Assembly: GCA_038321985.1 (NCBI GenBank) | Contig: JBBQFN010000043.1 | Coordinates: forward strand, 1 to 42,919 | Direction of reading: 5' to 3' | DNA length: 42,919 nucleotides | Origin: Cyanophyceae cyanobacterium | GTDB taxonomy: Bacteria > Cyanobacteriota > Cyanobacteriia > Cyanobacteriales > Laspinemataceae | Shown: piece after piece, positions 21,289-32,300 of the stretch | How the letters are laid out: every line of letters starts with the position of its first letter | How positions within the stretch are numbered: the stretch's first letter is position 1 | Position numbers and translations under genes: made by a program | The notes under the pieces: model-generated | Told to the model about the DNA's origin: nothing | Seen by the model: only the letters and a program-made list of their open reading frames with translations | Databases searched by the model: none

Positions 21289-21313
21289 AAAAAGGGGGAC
21301 AGCCCCCTTTTTT
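21289..21313. terminator. Rho-independent terminator downstream of purA
   Basis: AAAAAGGGGG-ACAG-CCCCCTTTTTT. Confidence 0.75.
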
Positions 21314-21354
21314 GTATTTTAGATTTCCTGGGATTCAGGATGTCAAACGTGGGT

Positions 21355-22695
<1,341 letters not shown>

Positions 22696-22904
22696 CTAAA
22701 GTTTACACAATCGACAATTATCCCCAGATGACGTACCCGTTGTCAAATTAATTTTTGTTAAAATTTCCGTTTCTAAAAATTAATACTAAAATATAACCTA
22801 AAGGGCTTGACTCGGACTGTACCTTTTCGATAGGCTAGATCAAATAGCTCTCCGAAATTGTTTGTTGACCCCTCACCCTTTAATCTGCAAGAGGAGAAGC
22901 TTCT

Positions 22905-23954
22905 GTGGCTTTATATGCTGAACTGCACCGACATCTAGGAGGTTCGGTGGTGCCTCGGGTTCTGTGGCGATACTTTCAGCGCCACGATCGCCAACTGGCG
23001 CTTCGGTTTCCTGAATATCCGGCGTTTGAGGAGTTCTACACTCAACCGCGCGAGACCCTTGATGAGTATTTAGAATTACACACCCTGGTTGAAAGTGTTC
23101 AAAGCGTCGAAACCCTACCCTATTTTATCTATCGGTTAATTCGGGGGGCCTATATTTTTGAGAATTTGGCGTATTTAGAGCTGCGTTACACCCCTTACCT
23201 ACGGACCCCCCATGATCTAAGTCAGTCTCAGCGAATCGATCGCATGGCAGAGATTGTGGAAGTAGTGGGGAAGGCATCCCAGTTGCCGGAATATCCCATC
23301 GTCACCCGCCAAATTCTCTGTATGCATTCGCGACTGCCTTATGAGGTGAATCGGGCGATCGTGGATTTGGCGAGTCAGATGGGCCAATATGTCTGTGGGA
23401 TTGATGTAGCCGGAGGAGATAATCATTATGGCGATCGCCTCCATGAATTTATCGAACTCTACGCTTACGCCCGTAGTCTGGGTATAAATACTACCGGGCA
23501 TCTCTACGAAACCCCCGACGGATGTTATCCGGAATTACTCCCCTACTTAATGCGAATCGGCCATGGGATTCAAATTCCTTTAAAACATCCCGAGTTATTA
23601 TCCGAAATCGCCCGCCGGGGGCAATGTTTAGAAGTCTGTCCCACTACTTATTTTAAAACCGGAACTCTCCAGGATATTCAGGAACTTAAAACTGTATTCG
23701 ATCGCTGTTTTGAGGCGGGAGTTGATATTGCCATCTGTACGGATAATGCCGGATTACATGACGTCCGCTTACCCTTCGAGTACGAAAGTCTACTAACTCA
23801 AGATATTATTGATTTTCGACAGATGCAAGCCTGTCAAGAAGCTGCATTCCGTCATGCTTTTGCATGGCCTTATCACCAACCTCCATCAGAAATGTTAACG
23901 GATTTGTTGAAGCCGGAATCCCTGCCCGTTATGCCAAGAATGCCCGTCGTTTAG
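22905..23954 (+). CDS. add: Adenosine deaminase family protein
   Basis: AELHRHLGGS (HxH), YLELRYTP, RIGHG, LEVCPT, ICTDN; GTG start after GAGGAG. Confidence 0.9.
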   Translation: MALYAELHRHLGGSVVPRVLWRYFQRHDRQLALRFPEYPAFEEFYTQPRETLDEYLELHTLVESVQSVETLPYFIYRLIRGAYIFENLAYLELRYTPYLRTPHDLSQSQRIDRMAEIVEVVGKASQLPEYPIVTRQILCMHSRLPYEVNRAIVDLASQMGQYVCGIDVAGGDNHYGDRLHEFIELYAYARSLGINTTGHLYETPDGCYPELLPYLMRIGHGIQIPLKHPELLSEIARRGQCLEVCPTTYFKTGTLQDIQELKTVFDRCFEAGVDIAICTDNAGLHDVRLPFEYESLLTQDIIDFRQMQACQEAAFRHAFAWPYHQPPSEMLTDLLKPESLPVMPRMPVV

Positions 23955-24002
23955 GGCAGTTTATGTGCTGGATTTTTACAGCACCGTAAAAAGTGGATAG
24001 AT

Positions 24003-24035
24003 CATGAAAAAGCCCCTTTCTGGGGCTTTTTCATG
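24003..24035. terminator. Terminator hairpin after add
   Basis: CATGAAAAAGCCCC-TTTCT-GGGGCTTTTTCATG, 14-bp perfect stem. Confidence 0.8.
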
Positions 24036-24241
24036 GAGAAACGCGTAAATTTACGGAGGATTCTCATTTAGGCGGATGGCTATCGTCCATATTGACAAAG
24101 TAGCGATCGCAATCTTATGATCAAAAATAATGGAATAGTAAAAGGATTTTATCAGCATCACCACTGCTTCTAACACCCAGTGAGTAGCCGGGATTAGCTA
24201 AAACTCCATTACTTAACCCTACCCTAACTTGTGAAAAAATT

Positions 24242-25501
24242 ATGTCCCGCCAAAAGAAAGAACCCAGTGGATGTGGATGTGCAAGTATTCCTTTTTCGGT
24301 AATACTCCTCATTTTAGGTGGGTGCTATGGGTTATTTACCCAGCGTGAACATTTAGAAATTAGTCGATTTATACCCCAGGATTTTCAAGAGAATATTCCC
24401 TTTTTGAAAGTTTCTACTCCGGCTAATGAAGTAAGCCAAAATTTACCTAATTTACCCGAAAGTCCCCTAGAAAAAAAGCCGATTATAAACCCAGAACCTG
24501 CATTACCATCCGCCCCAATTTCTAATCCCGCTCCCCCGACGCCAACCCCTCAACTCAACCCCCAAAACAATTTACCGGAAGCTCCCGGAAAAATAAAACC
24601 CCAAACTCCTTGGGAGAAAAAAGCTATTAGAGGTATTTATTTAAGCCGCTACCAAGCCACAAATCGGGCAAGTGAAGAAACGATTAGAGCCCGAGTCCGT
24701 TACTATCGCGATCGCGGAATTAATACGATTATTCATGGAGTGTGGGGAAATGCTTGTACGATGTACCAGAGTGAGGTAATGCAAGCCCGGTTCGGCTATA
24801 AAAGTTGTCCTAATGAGTTTCAAGACCAATGGCTGGATTGGTTAATTGATGAAGCCCATCAACATGGAATGGAGGTTCATGCTTATTTTGAAAAAGGGAT
24901 TAAAATAGATAAAAATAGCCCAGTATTTGATTTAGCCATTCAGCGAGGGTGGATTGTCCCTGGAGTCGATCGCACCCATCCCGGAGTCGATCATTATGTC
25001 TTGAATGTTGGCGTCCCAGAAGTAGGTGAATTTTTTACCGATATTCTAGTGGAGTTTGTTAAAAAATATCCGACCATTGATGCAGTGCAGTGGGATGATT
25101 ATTTAGGGTATCATGCCGAGTTACCGGGTCAAGTCGATCGCACCCTGGAATTAACTCAGTTTGTCCAGAAGGCGATCGCATCAATGAAAGCCGCCAATCC
25201 ATCGGTGAGTTTTGACATTTGTCATCATAACCCCTATTGGGCCAAACGCTACTTTGCCGCAGATTGGGAAACCTGGGGAGTGGATCGCGTGTTTATTCAA
25301 GTCTATGCAGATGAAAATTTCGCGGCTGAACTCCCCTATGTAGAGGTTTATGACGGAATTTCGATTACCGAACGGCAATTTAATCGCTTAGAAGAATTAG
25401 TCAGAAATCCCAAGGTTGAAAATATTTTATTATTTCCGCTTTCCGGGGAACCGGAAAAAATGGCCGATCAGGTTAAGAGTTTGACAAATAAGATTAAGTA
25501 G
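24242..25501 (+). CDS. Glycoside hydrolase family 10-like (DUF187/GHL10) membrane-anchored protein
   Basis: N-terminal TM, Pro-rich linker, IRGIYL, LIDEAHQHGMEVHAYFE, VKKYPTIDAVQWDDYLGY. Confidence 0.85.
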   Translation: MSRQKKEPSGCGCASIPFSVILLILGGCYGLFTQREHLEISRFIPQDFQENIPFLKVSTPANEVSQNLPNLPESPLEKKPIINPEPALPSAPISNPAPPTPTPQLNPQNNLPEAPGKIKPQTPWEKKAIRGIYLSRYQATNRASEETIRARVRYYRDRGINTIIHGVWGNACTMYQSEVMQARFGYKSCPNEFQDQWLDWLIDEAHQHGMEVHAYFEKGIKIDKNSPVFDLAIQRGWIVPGVDRTHPGVDHYVLNVGVPEVGEFFTDILVEFVKKYPTIDAVQWDDYLGYHAELPGQVDRTLELTQFVQKAIASMKAANPSVSFDICHHNPYWAKRYFAADWETWGVDRVFIQVYADENFAAELPYVEVYDGISITERQFNRLEELVRNPKVENILLFPLSGEPEKMADQVKSLTNKIK

Positions 25502-25502
25502 A
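25390..25502 (+). repeat. Direct repeat copy 1 (last ~37 codons of the GH10-like gene); left boundary of island
   Basis: AGAAGAATTAGTCAGAAATC...GACAAATAAGATTAAGTAGA, near-identical to 29041-29152. Confidence 0.95.
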
Positions 25503-25638
25503 ATAAATCCCCTTCATTCATTTTGTATCAAAAACAAACAGACTCTCAATCACCAGATTTTCTCATTCTACTGTTACCTATTTTGGCAGCAGTTTGAGAA
25601 CACTCTTTCGGTCAAAGTTTACCTGCTCGATTAAACAA

Positions 25639-25854
25639 TCAGAACGATTCGGTTTGTTCTTCATAGTCGTAAATGGTCAAACCCAGTATTTTCAGGTAAG
25701 CGCGATCGTCGGCGTTTAATTCTGGCTTATCTAAAGTTTTGTTAATCTGGGTTTGCGTATCTTGATATTCAATCTCGTTGGTGATAGGGCGAGGGGGAAA
25801 TGCTGTCATGAGTTCTAAGTAGTAACGGCTAGGATTCTTTAAACCACTCGTCAT
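25639..25854 (-). pseudogene. HigA-like antitoxin, N-terminal part only (C-terminal HTH missing)
   Basis: MTSGLKNPSRYYLELMTAFPPRPITNEIEY...YLKILGLTIYDYEEQ resembles the N-terminus of cyanobacterial HigA-type regulators; stops after 71 aa. Confidence 0.7.
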
Positions 25855-25900
25855 TTTTCCAGTTCTCCTGACTATATTCTGCATGAGTCAAAACTGACAG
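25829..25900 (-). pseudogene. 3' remnant of a HigB-type toxin gene
   Basis: Minus frame reads SLSVLTHAEYSQENWKNDEWFKES*, a typical HigB C-terminal LTHAEY motif. It overlaps the HigA start and has an in-frame TAG just upstream. Confidence 0.7.
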
Positions 25901-25923
25901 ACTCTATCTCGTGAATATTTTAC

Positions 25924-26148
25924 TTATTGCTGAGTCGGAGAATAGTGAAGCCGCAAGATTTGATGAACCTGGAGGGGTAGCATCGCGTATGTTTGCCCTT
26001 CATCATCAATAAATTCTACTTCATAAACATTGGGGCCGAGTTCTTCTACAATGGTTCCCACTTGACCGGGAATTAAGTGATGTTCGGGTATGGCTTCTAA
26101 AAGAGCAATCACATCACAGAGTTTGAAAGTTTCGAGAGTTAGAGTCAT
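25924..26148 (-). CDS. DUF4926 domain protein (putative immunity/antitoxin)
   Basis: DVIALLEAIPEHHLIPGQVGTIVEELGPNVYEVEFIDDEGQTYAML; ATG overlaps the upstream stop (ATGA at 26145-26148). Confidence 0.85.
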   Translation of the reverse strand: MTLTLETFKLCDVIALLEAIPEHHLIPGQVGTIVEELGPNVYEVEFIDDEGQTYAMLPLQVHQILRLHYSPTQQ

Positions 26149-26489
26149 GGTTTTGTTTTGATGATATAACAACTGGTTAAGCGAGGAAATGTTTCCGAGA
26201 TGCGGACAATCCAAGTGCTGCGAATGGTCGCTGTTTGACCTAGGCGCGTGACTGCAAAATCAATACAGTAACGTTGTCCATATTGATCGTTCTCCGTGGG
26301 TACAGCATCATAGTTCTGGGCAGCTTCGGCTAAGAGATATTGTAATTCTTCCGCATCATCACAGGTTAATCCTAACATTGATGCAAATAAGCGGGCTTTG
26401 TGTTTGCCGCGATGATGTTCGCTGTTGAGACTATAGTTCCGCAGTTTATCCAGGTCGATAAATGCAGCTTGAGCATTGGGGAGTTGCAT
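26145..26489 (-). CDS. DUF6883 domain protein (putative nuclease toxin)
   Basis: LPNAQAAFIDLDKLRNYSLNSEHHRGKHKARLFASMLG...DQYGQRY...IRSTWI...PRLTSCY. Confidence 0.82.
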   Translation of the reverse strand: MQLPNAQAAFIDLDKLRNYSLNSEHHRGKHKARLFASMLGLTCDDAEELQYLLAEAAQNYDAVPTENDQYGQRYCIDFAVTRLGQTATIRSTWIVRISETFPRLTSCYIIKTKP

Positions 26490-26606
26490 ATTGGATAATA
26501 AACGATTGCACCTCTAGTTTAAAGAAAAGCCGGACCGATGAAAAGATGTGGACAGGCAATGCACCCTCAAATTTTATAGATTGATAGAGCCTTTATCTGC
26601 TAGAGG

Positions 26607-28940
26607 TTACAAGTCTGGACTAGAGAGAAAGAGTCCCAGTAATCCCATCACTGGAACTCTCTTATTTTTAGTAAACTTCACTAGATTACAGTAAGGGAGG
26701 TATGCCTTGGGAGCTAATGATATATCCCACACTAGGTCATTATAATTTACCCATCTCCCGTCTTTTCGCCATTCCAGTTGCTCACTCAACTTGATGAAAG
26801 ATTCGTATGCCGCCTTGAAGTCGTCTCCATAATCTAGTTTACCCCCAACCTCAATCCAAATTTGTTTCTGTACACTTAAACCAAAATGACCGTTGCTGTA
26901 TTTCAGCCAAAGCTGGTCAATAACCCGTAAATCAGAATAAGAAAAATTTTTTATATCCAGAAACCCAAAGCTGTTCTGACCTTGACGGATAGGATCAATA
27001 ATTTCTCTATCTGCTTCTTTCCACTGCCTTGTTTGTAGAAAATACGCAAGTTTAAAATAGCAGGGCTGCTTACTGACTGCATACTGATAATCTTCAGCAT
27101 CTAACACTTTCAGCGGTTCATTAGTGTAATTAGATAGCCCTTGCTTAGCGACAGGACCTACCCGTCCTTGATGGCAAAAATCCCAGGCTAAGAATAACTT
27201 CTCAAAATCTGGTTCTTGCCAAGTTTTTGACTCCTGCACGATCGCCTCGACCAACTGAGTGGCATCGGTCTGTGCTACATAAAGTCGCATCGTTTCAGCC
27301 CACCAGGAGAGCTGATCGCGATTCTGCAATACGTTGAGAAAAATCTCTTCTTGCTTTGTTTCTTTGACCTCCACCGCTGCTAAATATTCCTGGAAACTCA
27401 GGTGGGCAAACTCATAATCCCCTTCTCGATCCTTGGCAATGAGGGCATCCACTGCCTGCAACTGCTTCAAAAAATCCAACGTTTCCGGTGGATTCGGTAA
27501 CTTCGCTAAATGCTCTGTAAACAAGGTTTCAACTTCCGAAAGCTGAAACTGGCGGGTTTGTCGCTGCATCAACTCCAAGGCCAATGGCTGCAAAACAGAG
27601 AGCTTGTCCCGAATCGAAAGCTGACTCCGTATGCCCTTTGCTTCTTGACGCTTGCCCAGCATCACTTCACAAATCGTTTGATACAGTTCCACTCGTCTGA
27701 GGGGAATGCTTTGGTTTTGTTGGTGTGCTGTTACGATAAGTGTTAACAGCAACGGATTCGATGCTAAATCCCTTAACGCCTGGTGTTCTTTAACTTGAGT
27801 TAACAAATTCTCGGTATTACGGTAAGCTGCATCTTTTGTCCCCAGGTCATTATGACCTCCCCGACGAATGCATTCCACCTCCCAATACCAGTTGCTAACA
27901 AACTGCTTGATTTGCTCGAACCTGAGTGGTTCCACTTCTAACACCTGCACCGCTAACTTGAGTTGTGCTTCCTCATAACCCAGTCGCCGAGAAGTCAAGA
28001 TAAACGGCGTATCTGAATACTCATACATTTGCTGATCTACCCACTGACTCACCGCCTGCCGATGGGCAGTATTGGCAACCTCATCCAACCCATCTAACAA
28101 GACTAAACATTTTCCCTGAGACAACTGCTGCTTAAACCAATTCTCTGGCAGCTTCAGGGGATTCACTCGTTGCAATTCCTGCACCCACTCTGTTAACAAT
28201 TCCTCCAGGGGTATTTCTGGCTTCTTCAAAATCTTCTGTTCAATATCACGCAAATATAACAATACCGGCAACCATTGCGGTGCTTTCGGGTGTAACCGGC
28301 GCGGCTGGCGTGACGCATACATCAAGGCCAAATAGCGCATTAACGTCGTTTTTCCTGATCCAGGCGCACCCAAAATTGCTAACCGCCGAAACTCCGGGTA
28401 TTTCTGCATCAACGCTAGATAATGCCCAATTTCCTTACCCTCTAGCTGTTGTGATGAATCTTCCGCAGCAATCTTTTTTAATAAATTGGGCGACACCTGT
28501 ACCAAATTCTTGGACGACAAATGCACGGTCACAAAAATGTTTTGTAAGGAGAGCACCTTGTCCAGGGTCATCCCCTTGGTTTCAAACTCACGGCACAAAA
28601 TATCCAGCCGTTTGTAATACTTACCCGTGAAATTGAACGAAACTGTCCACCAAAATTGAATCGCCCATTCTTGGACGATGCTGCCCAAGCGATAAAGAAG
28701 CTGAAAAAACCACGGCACCAACTTGCCTACTAGCTTTTTCATTTCTTTTTCGACCTCTTCCTGGAAAGGTGTGCGAAAAGAATTCCACAGGAATAGGACT
28801 AGGGCGCACAATGCAGTGGCGATCGCGTTACCAATTTGGTGACTGCTAACGAAAAAAAACGTTAATCCACTGAAACCAGTCAGGGGAAGCCACCGCCCCA
28901 GAAATTGTCCCCATTGAGGAATCGACTTCGGATTTGCCAT
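26607..28940 (-). CDS. NACHT NTPase with N-terminal TM segments and C-terminal GUN4-like domain
   Basis: Walker A ILGAPGSGKTT, Walker B LVLLDGLDEV, LASNPLLLTLI, FAHLSFQEYLAA; C-terminal LAYFLQTRQWKEADRE...DLRVIDQLWLKYSNGHFGLSVQKQIW (GUN4-like). Confidence 0.92.
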   Translation of the reverse strand: MANPKSIPQWGQFLGRWLPLTGFSGLTFFFVSSHQIGNAIATALCALVLFLWNSFRTPFQEEVEKEMKKLVGKLVPWFFQLLYRLGSIVQEWAIQFWWTVSFNFTGKYYKRLDILCREFETKGMTLDKVLSLQNIFVTVHLSSKNLVQVSPNLLKKIAAEDSSQQLEGKEIGHYLALMQKYPEFRRLAILGAPGSGKTTLMRYLALMYASRQPRRLHPKAPQWLPVLLYLRDIEQKILKKPEIPLEELLTEWVQELQRVNPLKLPENWFKQQLSQGKCLVLLDGLDEVANTAHRQAVSQWVDQQMYEYSDTPFILTSRRLGYEEAQLKLAVQVLEVEPLRFEQIKQFVSNWYWEVECIRRGGHNDLGTKDAAYRNTENLLTQVKEHQALRDLASNPLLLTLIVTAHQQNQSIPLRRVELYQTICEVMLGKRQEAKGIRSQLSIRDKLSVLQPLALELMQRQTRQFQLSEVETLFTEHLAKLPNPPETLDFLKQLQAVDALIAKDREGDYEFAHLSFQEYLAAVEVKETKQEEIFLNVLQNRDQLSWWAETMRLYVAQTDATQLVEAIVQESKTWQEPDFEKLFLAWDFCHQGRVGPVAKQGLSNYTNEPLKVLDAEDYQYAVSKQPCYFKLAYFLQTRQWKEADREIIDPIRQGQNSFGFLDIKNFSYSDLRVIDQLWLKYSNGHFGLSVQKQIWIEVGGKLDYGDDFKAAYESFIKLSEQLEWRKDGRWVNYNDLVWDISLAPKAYLPYCNLVKFTKNKRVPVMGLLGLFLSSPDL

Positions 28941-29040
28941 TGATCCAGCTTAAACATAGATTTTGCCTACAATCTAGTTTAACTTATCTTGCTTGCTCAA
29001 TTCCAGGTTATAACCTGGGCAAGCTCGGACCCTAAAGGTA

Positions 29041-29152
29041 AGAAGAATTAGTCAGAAATTCCAAGGTTGACAATATTTTGTTATTTCCGCTTTCCGGGGA
29101 ACCGGAAAAATGGCCGATCAGGTTAAGAGTTTGACAAATAAGATTAAGTAGA
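29041..29152 (+). repeat. Direct repeat copy 2 (displaced 3' fragment of the GH10-like gene); right boundary of island
   Basis: Matches 25390-25502 except for 3 substitutions and a 1-bp deletion in an A run. Confidence 0.95.
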
Positions 29153-29395
29153 GAAGAGAGGGCGATGGATAATCCGTAAAGTTTTTTAGTTTTTCCATCC
29201 AGTCTGTAAATGAATTACAGTGAGGGAAGTCTACATCAGTTGTTGGGTTGAAATGCAGTTATTCACCGGCAATTAGTATCACTAATTTATTACCCTTGTC
29301 TCGTCCCCATCCGAATTTTACAGAAGCTCTAAGATAGCACTCATCGCCTTGATTAATCAACAAAAATACCGTCTTATCCGAGCCACCCTAAGCAT

Positions 29396-32300
29396 TTATT
29401 CGGGATGAATAGGTAGAGAAATCAAGAATTCAGTTCCCTTTCCCGGAGCCGAAATGCAGTCGAGTTTTCCCCGATGTTTTTCTACAACAATTTGATAACT
29501 AATCGATAAACCTAAGCCGGTTCCGGCACCGACGGGTTTGGTTGTAAAAAAGGGGTCGAAAATTCTTTGGATGACTTCCTTTGTCATGCCAATGCCATTA
29601 TCGGAAATTCTGAGTTCTACTCGGTTATTACCCTGGCGGCTGGTCTGAATTCGGATGTAAGGGGAATAACTGGCGATCGCCACGGTTGCGGCTGATTCTG
29701 TCTGGTTATTATTACCGGATACCGGCGCACTATTCTGTTTGGAATTGTTTTTACTAAGGGGTTGTTCTACTGCATCGATCGCGTTGCTAATCAGGTTCAT
29801 AAAAACTTGATTTAATTCGCCGCCATAACACTCGATTAGGGGCAATGTATTATATTCTTTAATAACCTTAATTTCTGGTCTTCCAGGTTTGGCTTTAAGA
29901 CGATTTTGTAAAATCAAGAGGGTGCTGTCGATGCCTTCATGAAGGTTAACTGATTTCATTTGAGCTTCATCTAAGCGGGAGAAGTTTCGCAATGAAAGAA
30001 CAATTTCGCGAATGCGGTTTGCCCCGATTTTCATGGAAGCTAAGAGTTTAGGTAAGTCATCGATGATAAACTCTAAATCTATTTCTTCTATGAGTTCTTG
30101 AATTTCTAGATCGGGCTCTGCGTAGTGGGTTTGATACAAATCTAATAAATGCAGTAAATTTTGAATATATTCGTTGGCGGGTTCAATATTTCCATAAATA
30201 AAGCTGACTGGGTTATTGATTTCATGGGCGACTCCGGCTACCATTTGACCCAAACTTGACATTTTTTCGGTTTGAATGAGTTGGGTTTGGGTTTTTTGCA
30301 ACTCTCGTAAGGTTTGTTGCAGTTGTTGCGCTTTTTCCCGGGCGTGGCGGGCGGAGTCGGTGGCGCGGGTGTATAATTCAGCTTGGGAAATAGCGATCGC
30401 AACTTGATTGGCGATCGCTTTGAGGAGTAACAGTTCCCGATCGCTCCACCGGCGAGGACCCTGACACTGACCGCAACTGATTAAGCCTATGTCCCCGTTC
30501 AGAGTTTGAATGGGTACCGCCACAAATGCTTGATAACCCCAGGCTGCTTGTAATTTCTGGTAATCCAGGTTCGACGACTGGCTCACATCATCTACGCGAA
30601 TGGTTTCTCGATTCAACAGTTTAGCAATGAAGGAACTGTCGGGATCCGTGGGATAGCACCCCAAAAGGCTAGGTAAGTCAGGGGTACGAGATTCTTTCAC
30701 CACTTCCCAACAGGAAGAAAAACTGGGGGTAGACCCATTGTGAGATTTTTTATTGGCCACCCCATGCGGACGATACCAGATAAATAAACAGCGATCAATT
30801 TGCAATAAGGAACGAATTTCACTCACGGCGGTTTGCAGAATGGTATCGATTTCTAGGGAGTTGCGGATTTGGTCCGTGAGACGGTTAATGATCGATTCTT
30901 GTTTGGCGAGTTTACGATAACGCAATTCCGATTTGCGTAATTTTGCCTCGGCTAGTTTGCGATCGGTGATGTCGCTGGCGATGCCATCTATCCGTAGGGG
31001 ACTGCCGTCGCGATCTCGAACTAACCGGGTGCGTTGTCGCAACCAGCGCACGTCTCCTGACGGTCTCACAATCCGATATTCCAAGTCTGAACTTCCAGTC
31101 TCTAAGCTGTTCTGGAAGGCTAGATTGACCACGGAACGGTCTTGGGGGTAAATCACCTCCTGCCAGAGGTTGAAGTTTTCAAAAAATGCGGAGGGAGGTC
31201 TTTGATATATCGTTTCTACTGCCGGACTCAGATAGAGCACTTCTAAGTTAGCTCCGGAAACGGACCAGAGGACATCATCAATGGACTGTAATATACCGTT
31301 AAGGCGTTCTTGGCTTTCGTGTAGTGCCTCAGCGACTAACTTCCTTTCTAGGGATTCCTTTTGTAGTTGTTCCAATGTCTGCCTTAACTCGGAGGTGCGA
31401 TTTTGAACCCGAGTTTCTAGTTCATCATTGGCTTGTTGTAAGGCGTCTTCCATGTGCTTACGTTGGGTGATGTCGGCAATAGTTCCGACATAATCGCTGC
31501 CATTCCCGTCTTTGTCGGTTTGGCAGACCGCTTGCCCCCAAACCCATCGTTCGATGCCATTATCATGTAAAAATCTAAACTCAGATTGGAAGGGTAATTG
31601 TTCTTTTGCGGCGTCATTCCATTCCTGGATCACGCGATCGCGATCGTTAGGATGAATTGCCTCAAACCAATGTCCTTCTCTCGCTTGTTTTTCGCTTAAT
31701 CCTGTGATTTGAGATAAGCGATCATTTAAATACAAAAATTCGCCTCCGCGATTGATGCGAAAGATACCCACTGGGGAAATAGCTGCTAAAGTATGATACC
31801 GATGTTCGCTTTCTCTTAGAGCAGCTTCGGCTCGCTTTCTCTCTCGGATATCTTGGACTAAACAGACGACCGCCTCAACGGAACCTTCGTCTTTTCTCAT
31901 GACAGAAGCAGAAAAATATACGGGAATAATCTCACCCTCTTTACTCAAAAATTCTACTTCTTTTCGACCGATTAAACTGTTGGCTATTCCGGCTTGAGTT
32001 GCTAATTCATCATAAGTTACTCGGTCCTTTAATAAGGTACTTATAGATTGCCCTAATAGCTCTGTATCGTCTTCATAACCCAACAAAAATAAAGTTGCAA
32101 AATTAAAATCTCGAATGGTTCCGTCCGGATTTAAGATAATTAAAGCATCAATTAGAGATTTAAAAATATTATCAACATAGTGTTTGGAGACGGTTTTTTT
32201 AGTGAGTTCCTCTGCCATGTTATTAAAGGCTTTGGCTAAAATCCCTATTTCGCTTCTACTGTTAATATTAACCCGCACATCTAACTTACCTTGACCAATT

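Larger units (their letters stand above)
25503..29040. mobile_element. Putative integrated island between direct repeats; no integrase or transposase inside
   Basis: Flanked by ~112-bp direct repeats; all cargo on the minus strand; only one perfect HIP1 seen by eye (about 28819). Confidence 0.7.

Noticed and set aside
25503..29040. Integron or IS-mediated origin for the island
   Set aside because: No integrase or transposase, no terminal inverted repeats and no canonical RYYYAAC...GTTRRRY attC site.
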